The notes beneath the pieces are model-generated. The model was not told the DNA's origin. It saw only the letters and a list, made by a program, of their open reading frames with translations, and made no database searches. A stretch of DNA of 30,443 nucleotides. Source: a bacterium (lineage in GTDB: Bacteria; Bdellovibrionota_C; UBA2361; SZUA-149; JAEUWB01). The DNA is taken from assembly GCA_016786595.1 (NCBI GenBank), contig JAEUWB010000033.1:1-30443 (forward strand). Direction: 5' to 3'. The translations under genes and the position numbers were made by a program. Each line of letters starts with the position of its first letter. Positions within the stretch are counted from its first letter, which is position 1. Of the stretch, positions 8,873-15,826 are shown one piece after another.

Positions 8873-9178
8873 CTAGTCTTGATTTTTGGTCTCTAACATG
8901 CGCGTTGCTGGGACTCCTTTCTTAACAAAAAGATGACCAAACATTGGATCTTGCTTCCCGTTGCGGATGAAGACGCCTAAGTCGCTGACAACTGGCATGA
9001 CTTGAGCGTTCATTTGCATGCGAGCCCTTTCCGATGCATCAAGTTGAGCCTTGAGTGCTGCAGTAGAAGTTCCAAGGACTCCAACTGTAACGCTCAGGAT
9101 AGTGACAAGACAAACGAGGCCAACAACAAGCCAATCACGACGACGAGAATAAGGCTGAACTACGGTAGAATCTTCCAT
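8873..9178 (-). CDS. small single-pass membrane protein
   Basis: A 101-aa ORF with one predicted transmembrane helix (WLVVGLVCLVTILSVTVGVLG) after a short basic N-terminus (RRRD). The ATG is preceded by GGAGAAG at a 7-nt spacing. Confidence 0.65.
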   Translation of the reverse strand: MEDSTVVQPYSRRRDWLVVGLVCLVTILSVTVGVLGTSTAALKAQLDASERARMQMNAQVMPVVSDLGVFIRNGKQDPMFGHLFVKKGVPATRMLETKNQD

Positions 9179-9180
9179 GT

Positions 9181-9235
9181 TTCTTCTCCAGGCTTTTATC
9201 GCTCAGTTTAAGAGCGGTATAAGCCTGGAGAAGAA
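9181..9235 (-). promoter_or_regulatory. RBS-sequestering hairpin in the 5' leader of the 8873-9178 gene (15-bp perfect stem)
   Basis: TTCTTCTCCAGGCTT (9181-9195) and AAGCCTGGAGAAGAA (9221-9235) are exact reverse complements. On the minus-strand mRNA the Shine-Dalgarno GGAGAAG lies inside the 3' arm, 7 nt before the ATG. Confidence 0.6.
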
Positions 9236-9374
9236 TTTGAAAATCCATAAAACCTTACTTCCTACAACTTCCCAAAAGAAAATGATCAGCCTGTCATCCT
9301 ACATAAGTACCCAATCTTATTAAAGAACTTTATTAGGCTAGGATAATCGCTAATAAATCAGCTGAAACGAATAG

Positions 9375-9428
9375 TTGACATTCAGGTCGTTTGGCTTTAA
9401 ATTGCATAAATGGGAAATTTTCCCATTT
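9375..9428 (+). promoter_or_regulatory. sigma70-like promoter (TTGACA-17-TAAATT) with a palindromic operator AAATGGGAAA-T-TTTCCCATTT
   Basis: The -35 TTGACA is at 9375-9380 and the -10 TAAATT at 9398-9403, 17 bp apart. A perfect 21-bp palindrome at 9408-9428 sits between the -10 and the start codon of the HTH gene at 9448. Confidence 0.55.
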
Positions 9429-9447
9429 AATGTTTGGCTGAGAATGC

Positions 9448-10287
9448 ATGGCAATAACTGCAAATACAGAGCGAGATAAGGTTAAAAATGCATTAGTGCG
9501 TTTGTTGAAGCCAGTTGCGCGCTTAGCGATCCGTTACGGCTTAAGCTTGCAAGAAATCACTGATGGCCTCAAGCAGGTTCTGGTTGAGCTTGCTAGCGAA
9601 GAATTGAAAATCAAGGGTGCTCCCGTGAACAGCAGTCGCATTAGCGCAATGACAGGCGTGCATCGTAAGGATGTAACAAAATTACGCGCGGGCGAGGCGA
9701 CAACACCTCGCATTGATCTAAAAACGCGCATCATTGGTCAATGGCTCCAAGGAAAGAGTTTTCGCACCAGCTCAGGACGCCCACGTGTGCTGAGAATAGC
9801 TGGAAGTGGTGATTTGGGAGAGTTTGCGAAATTGGTTAACTCTGTAAGCTCAGATTTAAATCCGGCAACAGTGCTCTCTGAACTTGAGCGGCTTGGGGCT
9901 GTGAAGAAAACAACTCAAGGCTTGAAGTTAAACACACGATTATACTTGGCTCAAGGCGACCTTGAAGCTGGGCTTAAAATGCTAGCAAACGATATCGAAG
10001 ACCTGAGCCGTTCTGTTGAGGAAAATTTAACTAGCAAAAATCAAATCCCCAATCTTCATCTGAAAACAGAGTATGACAACATCACACCAGAATCATTGAA
10101 AACGATACGATCTTGGTTTTTTCGAGAAGGTTCAGCATTCCATCAACGTGCACGAAATTTCTTATCCAGATTCGATCGAGATTTGGTAGAATCGAAAAAC
10201 TCTCAACGCGTATTCAAGCACTCACGAAAAGTAAGAGTTGCTATCGGATCATTTAGTTTGATTGAAGGAGAACCAGTTTGTGAATAA
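9448..10287 (+). CDS. putative DNA-binding protein with helix-turn-helix motif
   Basis: A 279-aa ORF. SRISAMTGVHRKDVTKL fits a classic HTH pattern. Its stop overlaps the start of the next gene by 8 nt, indicating translational coupling. Confidence 0.6.
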   Translation: MAITANTERDKVKNALVRLLKPVARLAIRYGLSLQEITDGLKQVLVELASEELKIKGAPVNSSRISAMTGVHRKDVTKLRAGEATTPRIDLKTRIIGQWLQGKSFRTSSGRPRVLRIAGSGDLGEFAKLVNSVSSDLNPATVLSELERLGAVKKTTQGLKLNTRLYLAQGDLEAGLKMLANDIEDLSRSVEENLTSKNQIPNLHLKTEYDNITPESLKTIRSWFFREGSAFHQRARNFLSRFDRDLVESKNSQRVFKHSRKVRVAIGSFSLIEGEPVCE

Positions 10288-11068
10288 AAAAATACTAATC
10301 AGCATGCTCTCTATTTTAATCGCAGTAGCTGTTCTTGCTTGCGGTGGGGGAACCAGTGGAACGGGCGGACAGCGCTTTGAAGGATCTGTCGTGACTAAGT
10401 CTGCGACAAGCATTCCGGGTGTCGCCGTAACCCTGACTCAGTCTGGAGATAGTGCGCTGACTGATGCAAATGGTCAGTTTATCATTGAAACAGCAGATGT
10501 CTCAGGCGATGTCGAAGTATTACTGGAAAAAGACCAGGTGCAGGCGCGAGCAATTGCGCCGGGTGTACCTACAGATGCAAGTGTCGTGCGTTTAAGTTTG
10601 GAATTTGACCAAAAAGGCAAGCAAGCCCGCACTAAAGAAGTTGAGGTCAAAGAGCGCCGCAATCGTGGTCGCGGAAGCAGTAGTTCAAGTAGCTCAAGTG
10701 GAAGAAGTAGTAGCGGGGGAGGCAGTAGTAGCTCAAGTAGTGGCGATGATGACGACGATGACGATGATGATGACGGTAGTAGTTCTTCAAGCGGTTCCAG
10801 TTCTAGTTCAGGTAACTCTAGCTCGGGAAGTAGTTCTAGTTCTAGTTCATCATCGGGCCAGAATAATGAAATTGAAACTACTGGAAATATTACAGCAATT
10901 ACAGCAAGCACATTAACAGTGAATGGCTTTGTTTTCACTGTTAATGGCAATACGGAATTTCGTGGCCACTCTTCACTTTCAGGATTCTCTGTTGGTGAAG
11001 AAGTTGAGGTCAAAGGCAGACGTTCAGGGCAATTGATTATTGCAGAGCGAGTAAAACTTGAAGATTAA
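10280..11068 (+). CDS. putative lipoprotein: carboxypeptidase-regulatory-like N-domain, poly-Ser/poly-Asp linker, TVNG-type C-domain
   Basis: The likely start is GTG 10280, with a GAAGGAG RBS at 10265-10271; the track's TTG 10262 start is less likely. The signal peptide plus lipobox reads ILISMLSILIAVAVLAC. IPGVAVTLTQSGDSALTDANGQFIIE is CarbopepD_reg-like. There is an S8/G/S6/D10/S-rich low-complexity tract. The C-terminal ITAITASTLTVNGFVFTVNGNTEF...VGEEVEVKG resembles a DUF5666-like fold. Confidence 0.65.
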   Translation: MNKKILISMLSILIAVAVLACGGGTSGTGGQRFEGSVVTKSATSIPGVAVTLTQSGDSALTDANGQFIIETADVSGDVEVLLEKDQVQARAIAPGVPTDASVVRLSLEFDQKGKQARTKEVEVKERRNRGRGSSSSSSSSGRSSSGGGSSSSSSGDDDDDDDDDDGSSSSSGSSSSSGNSSSGSSSSSSSSSGQNNEIETTGNITAITASTLTVNGFVFTVNGNTEFRGHSSLSGFSVGEEVEVKGRRSGQLIIAERVKLED

Positions 11069-11091
11069 CTTGATTTAATAACGGAGGCATT

Positions 11092-11910
11092 ATGCAACAT
11101 AAATTATTAACCTGCCTAGCGCTCCTCGGTCTTTTTGCCGCAGGACCTGCCTTAGCAAATGACGAAGACGTGATTCGGCGTGGAACTTTAGCAGCAATTA
11201 CTGAAAACTCTGTAACTGTTGCTGATTTAACTTGCCCGACTAACAGGTCTACAGAATATGAAGATCTTAATGGGAACACGATTCCACGCAGTTCCTTTAA
11301 TCCTGGGGATCTGGTGAAATTGAAATGTCGCAGCGGTGTAGCACATAGCTTAGAAATGGAAGACGACATCGGCGGCGGAAGTGGCAGCGGCTCCGGTAAT
11401 GGCGGCTCAAGTGGGAATAATAAGAAACGCTCAAAAATGAAGAAACCATTACGTCTATCGGCGTCTCTCTCTGCTTTTGAAGGAGTTCCAACATCTGCTC
11501 GCGGGGAAGCTAAACTGCGCTTGAAAAACAATGGTAGTAAGCGTGACGACCGCTTCACAATTGAAGTTAAAGTCCCTGTGCCCAGCGCAGTTCCTGCGGC
11601 AAATACAATCGGAGAAGCAAGTGCCCTTGCTTTCACAGCTGTTATTTCACGAAGCGGCGCTCCATACGCTCAATGTTTCTTACGTTATGACCATGAAACG
11701 ACTCTAAATGGCGTGATTGCTGCGGAACATAAGGTTGATGTCCGGGATGACGGCAAAAGAAGCCGCTCGCGCACCCGCAATAAGAAAGGCAGCTGTGATG
11801 TTGATTTAAATCAATCCGGCGTTCAAAGAGGATTGCCTTTTGTTAAACGTGGTGATGAGGTTGTGATTGAAGACTCGCTTTCAGGAAGTATTCTGAAGGG
11901 CCAGTTCTAA
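11092..11910 (+). CDS. secreted protein with two TVNG/DUF5666-like modules separated by a Gly/Ser linker
   Basis: The signal peptide is MQHKLLTCLALLGLFAAGPALA. GTLAAITENSVTVADLT...PGDLVKLKCRSG and the C-terminal GDEVVIEDSLSGSILKG are similar modules. GGGSGSGSGNGGSSGNNKK is the linker. It is on the same strand as, and immediately after, the lipoprotein gene. Confidence 0.65.
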   Translation: MQHKLLTCLALLGLFAAGPALANDEDVIRRGTLAAITENSVTVADLTCPTNRSTEYEDLNGNTIPRSSFNPGDLVKLKCRSGVAHSLEMEDDIGGGSGSGSGNGGSSGNNKKRSKMKKPLRLSASLSAFEGVPTSARGEAKLRLKNNGSKRDDRFTIEVKVPVPSAVPAANTIGEASALAFTAVISRSGAPYAQCFLRYDHETTLNGVIAAEHKVDVRDDGKRSRSRTRNKKGSCDVDLNQSGVQRGLPFVKRGDEVVIEDSLSGSILKGQF

Positions 11911-13145
11911 TTCGCCAAGTCTGCTAAGACTTTTTCTGGGTCGCAAGCTTCTGGAAAGAAACTTGCGACCTTTTTTATGACACTCTCAACTGTTGCATCC
12001 GGACAGCTTGCACCAGAAGTCAGTGCAATCGTTAGCGCCGTCTGCGAACTACTGACCAGCGGAAGCCAATTACTTGTTTCGCGAATTGACTTTGTGTGCA
12101 TGTCGAAGTGACGTATCAAGTCTGGACTAACAATTTCATCGGCGTCTTTCACGTAAAAAGTTGGAAACTTCTCTTCGCAAAGCTCAACCAGATGCGAGGT
12201 ATTCGAGCTATTATAACCACCGACAACAAGGCCTAAATCGGCGCCAGATTCGATTAATGACCGTGTGGCTGTCTGATTCTCATGCGTTGCATAGCAGAGT
12301 GTATCCCGAGTGTCTGCAAAATGGTCTTTGAGCTTTTCTGCCCCGTATATTTCAAGCATTGCTTGCTTAATTGCATTAGCGATTGCCTGGGTTTCAGTAG
12401 CAAGCATTGTGGTTTGGTTGACGACACCAACACGTTTTAAGTGTTCCCGCGGATTGTAGCCCTCGGACATGCTTAAGGCAAAACGTGAGCGAAAATCATC
12501 TTCACTGACTTGCGCTTTAATAAAGGCGATAACAAATTGTGCATCATCCATATCGCGAATTACAAGTGTTGGCGCTGTGTTTTTACTGTGAGAAAAGGTG
12601 GCGCGTGTTTCTTCATGAGTGCGTTTTCCGTGAACAATCACGCTGTAGCCCTGTTTTCCTAAATCAGCTGAACGCCTCCACACTTTTTCTACAAATGGAC
12701 AGGTCGAGTCATACTGATAAGGATTAATGCCCACCGCTTCGAGTTCTTTTTGTAGCTCGAGCGTTGTTCCAAAGGCAGGCACAATCACAATATCATCGCG
12801 ATTAAGATCGCTAAAAGGAATCAGCCGAGTGCCGTCTGTAGCCATGAGAAACTTAACACCACGTTGTACGAGGTCGGCATTAACCTGTGGATTATGAATC
12901 ATTTCGCTGAGGAGAAAAATCCGTTTGTCAGGCTGTTCCGCTAAGGCGCGATAAGCGATTTCAATGGCGTTTTCGACACCAAAACAAAAGCCAAAGTGAC
13001 GAGCAATTTTAAAGCGCAGCGGTCCAAAGTCAATGGTTGTTGGGTTAAAATCCCGGCGTTTAGGGTCAGTATTATCGCGAAAGCGTTTGATCGTTGTAAT
13101 ACTGGATGATCGATAAAATCCAGGAATTGTGAAATTTCTTGCCAC
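11907..13145 (-). CDS. ispH: 4-hydroxy-3-methylbut-2-enyl diphosphate reductase, long form with N-terminal extension
   Basis: IspH/LytB signatures are present: HFGFCFGVENAIE, VHGKRTHEETRAT, GGYNSSNTSHL, TSGASCP. The start is GTG. An N-terminal extension of about 90 aa makes it 412 aa, against about 310 aa for the short form. Confidence 0.88.
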   Translation of the reverse strand: MARNFTIPGFYRSSSITTIKRFRDNTDPKRRDFNPTTIDFGPLRFKIARHFGFCFGVENAIEIAYRALAEQPDKRIFLLSEMIHNPQVNADLVQRGVKFLMATDGTRLIPFSDLNRDDIVIVPAFGTTLELQKELEAVGINPYQYDSTCPFVEKVWRRSADLGKQGYSVIVHGKRTHEETRATFSHSKNTAPTLVIRDMDDAQFVIAFIKAQVSEDDFRSRFALSMSEGYNPREHLKRVGVVNQTTMLATETQAIANAIKQAMLEIYGAEKLKDHFADTRDTLCYATHENQTATRSLIESGADLGLVVGGYNSSNTSHLVELCEEKFPTFYVKDADEIVSPDLIRHFDMHTKSIRETSNWLPLVSSSQTALTIALTSGASCPDATVESVIKKVASFFPEACDPEKVLADLAN

Positions 13146-13423
13146 TAAATTAAGCTTTTGCCGTTGGATTATTTATAATAGACTTCTTTCGAATTAGGAT
13201 TTTAATAAGAGCTTAACATTTTGATATGATTGAGCAAATAGGGAAAATTTTTTAAAATTTTCAATCTTTTATCGAAAGAAGTCTATTTTGTTTTTTGTCC
13301 ATTTTTCTTGTGAAAAATGGATCATTAAACTTATTTTTGAATTTTTAATTCAAAAGAAGTTTAATGAGTTTAGTTAACTAATAGCTTAAATTTCATTACA
13401 ATAGCAAATATGGCATTGAACCA

Positions 13424-15745
13424 ATGAGTGCGACAAAAGCTCAAGCAGAAAAAATCGGTATTGCAGGCGACGAGTGGGACAAGGTTTTGCAATTACTCGG
13501 GCGCAGCCCCAATGAGCAAGAGTTGTTCTTAGTTGGACGCTTGCTTGCTGAAGACTGTTCTCAAAAATCATCGGCTAGCTTAACTCAGCATCTAGCAAAG
13601 GATAGCCAAACCTTTCCGCTTTCTCGCCTGGGAATTGCGAAACTATCTTCTGGTCAATATGCGCTAACGCGCACTGTGCAGGGGAATATCGCAGTGCTGC
13701 GCGAAGGAGCGTCGGGTACGAGCGCAACGCTTTGCCGTGCCGTAAATGAATTTGCAACTCTTGGTGCTAATGTCTGTGGTGTCAGCGTGCAGTTACGTCT
13801 CGGCGATCCGGAATCTTCGCGGACAAACCAACTCTTAACGACTATTTGGTCGAGTATCGAAGAATTCTCTTGCTTATCAGGTATTCCAATCACCAGCACT
13901 GATCTTTATTTGCATCCGCGCTACGATGGGAACCCTCTTTTTACGGCTACTGCGATTGGAAGCTGTGCTACGCTGCCCGATGTGCCTGTGATTCAACGCA
14001 ACGCTAGCTATGTTTTGCTCTATATTGGTGAAGCAACTGGGCCTGATGGTTATGCTCCCGGGGAGCTTTTATTCCAAAATGACGCGCGTGCAAAACGAAA
14101 AGGCGCGCTTAGCTTTGCTAGTCCATATGCAAGCTTAAAGCTTTTAAAGCTTGCGCAAAAGTATCGCTTCCATCGCGGAGTTGTTTTAATGACCATGCTC
14201 GATCGCGGCGGCTTAATTGAGCGTGCATGTGCAATCGCGCAATTTGCAAACCGAGGGTTTAAGCTCGAGCTTGAGCGTGTGCCCTTACGCGTAGCAGGAA
14301 TCGATCCCGCCGCACTTTTAATCAGCGAGACGCCGGGGCGTATGATTGCCGTTGTGGAAAAAGATTCACAGCGCAGTTTCAATGATGCGCTCAGTGCCGA
14401 AGGATTTACTACTTATTTGCTTGGCGAAGTTGGGCATTCAGATGTGATTGAATGCACTGCTGAGCATCAAGAGGTTGCGCTGATTCCATATCGTTTGCCC
14501 ACGCAGGCTCCGACGCAGAAGCGCTATGCTGTTTCGGAATTTGCCCCAATGCTTCGCCATAAAGATGATCGCAGCGAACTCAAGCAAGATCAAGAGAGTT
14601 TAAGCGAGAGACTCAAGCAGGAGCGTACCAAGGATGAGTGGGCAGCGATTCGTAAGACTCAGTCAAAGCAGGTCAAAACAAATGATCACTTGCAAATCCC
14701 TGTCCCTGAGAATTTAGAAGATGCTTGGCTTGATATCCTTGCTGCCCCCAATGGAGCTTCACGCTTGAATCTGTTGCGGCGTTTTGATCGTCTCCAACAA
14801 GTCAGGCTTTTACCACGTGCACCTGAGGCGGTGCAGATTCTACGACTACATGAGCAGAGTGAAAATACTGCACTAGCATTGGCTGTTGTTTCAAATCCGC
14901 TTTTTGTTTCTAAGGATCCGTATTTGGGTACAGTTCATACTGTTGCTGAAGCGTTAAGGGAGCTTGCAACGATTGCTGCTCGGCCGATCGGAGCAACATA
15001 TTGTCTAAATTTTGGCGATCCAGATGACTACCGCGAACTCTCTGACCTAACCGAGTCTGTGCGTGCTTTAGGAGATGCCTGCAAACTTTGGAGCATTCCT
15101 CTGCTAACGGCCGACCAAAGCTTAAAGAATGGCACCGACTCCAATCCAATACTTCCAACTACGGTATTTTCCCTGCTTGGTGAGCTCGATCTAACGCGCA
15201 GAATTCCGATCAATTCTTTTGTTGATACGGGGGATGTGATTTTTACAATTGGCTCAGTTTTAAATGATTTGAGCGCCTCAGAATATCTTACTTATTATCA
15301 TAAGAAAGAAAATTGTTTTACACCGGATATTGACTTTGATTTAGAAATTGCAGTTGCTCGGGCTGTGCACGACTTAGCAGAGAAAAAACTTGTTAATGCC
15401 TGCGTTTCAGTCAATCGTGGCGGTTTGGCCATGGCCCTTACGCGTTTAGCTTTGCAACGCGAGAAGGCGCTGGGCTGTGAGCTAGAAATTATTGACCAGC
15501 GTCCAGATCTGAGGCCGGACGTTTTTCTTTTCTCCGAAAGCTCAGCGCGCTTTGTTGTTACCGCGAAGCCAGAGCATGCAGAGGCTGTGCAAAGATACCT
15601 TGCTACATTGGGCATTCCAATTACTGGGCGAGGGACTGTGGGCGGGAAAAAATTAATTTTAAGTGGCAAATTCTCAGTCGAAATTCCACTGAATACCCTC
15701 GACCGCATCTGGTCATCAGGGCTTAAATATGTGCTTGAGCAGTAA
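13424..15745 (+). CDS. PurL-like (FGAM synthase II / PurM-superfamily) protein with degenerate N-terminal active-site motifs
   Basis: It is 773 aa, with PurL-like length and internal duplication. The N-terminal LGRSPNEQELFLVGRLLAEDCSQKSS aligns to PurL LGRxPNxxELGxFSxMWSEHCSYKSS. The C-half ATYCLNFGDPDD aligns to PurL NLNFGNPE. The expected ESHNHPS His box and GGIIRD motif are replaced by RTVQGNIAV and ATLCRAVNE. Confidence 0.6.
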   Translation: MSATKAQAEKIGIAGDEWDKVLQLLGRSPNEQELFLVGRLLAEDCSQKSSASLTQHLAKDSQTFPLSRLGIAKLSSGQYALTRTVQGNIAVLREGASGTSATLCRAVNEFATLGANVCGVSVQLRLGDPESSRTNQLLTTIWSSIEEFSCLSGIPITSTDLYLHPRYDGNPLFTATAIGSCATLPDVPVIQRNASYVLLYIGEATGPDGYAPGELLFQNDARAKRKGALSFASPYASLKLLKLAQKYRFHRGVVLMTMLDRGGLIERACAIAQFANRGFKLELERVPLRVAGIDPAALLISETPGRMIAVVEKDSQRSFNDALSAEGFTTYLLGEVGHSDVIECTAEHQEVALIPYRLPTQAPTQKRYAVSEFAPMLRHKDDRSELKQDQESLSERLKQERTKDEWAAIRKTQSKQVKTNDHLQIPVPENLEDAWLDILAAPNGASRLNLLRRFDRLQQVRLLPRAPEAVQILRLHEQSENTALALAVVSNPLFVSKDPYLGTVHTVAEALRELATIAARPIGATYCLNFGDPDDYRELSDLTESVRALGDACKLWSIPLLTADQSLKNGTDSNPILPTTVFSLLGELDLTRRIPINSFVDTGDVIFTIGSVLNDLSASEYLTYYHKKENCFTPDIDFDLEIAVARAVHDLAEKKLVNACVSVNRGGLAMALTRLALQREKALGCELEIIDQRPDLRPDVFLFSESSARFVVTAKPEHAEAVQRYLATLGIPITGRGTVGGKKLILSGKFSVEIPLNTLDRIWSSGLKYVLEQ

Positions 15746-15770
15746 GCATTAAGTTAGCTAAAGAGTAGTT

Positions 15771-15791
15771 GTTAACGTTTTGAGCGTTAAC
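15771..15791. terminator. bidirectional terminator-like hairpin GTTAACG-TTTTGAG-CGTTAAC between the convergent purL-like and dnaK genes
   Basis: A 7-bp perfect stem with a T-rich loop lies between two convergent stop codons. The flanks are AT-rich. Confidence 0.4.
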
Positions 15792-15826
15792 ATTGTTAGA
15801 ATCTCATACGTTAACGACACAAATGA

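Noticed and set aside
10474-11636. Minus-strand ORFs 10474-11013 and 11037-11636, and plus ORF 10605-10916
   Set aside because: They are driven by the Ser/Asp/Gly codon homopolymer tracts of the two secreted-protein genes. They show poly-L/E/P low-complexity translations and overlap better-supported genes.
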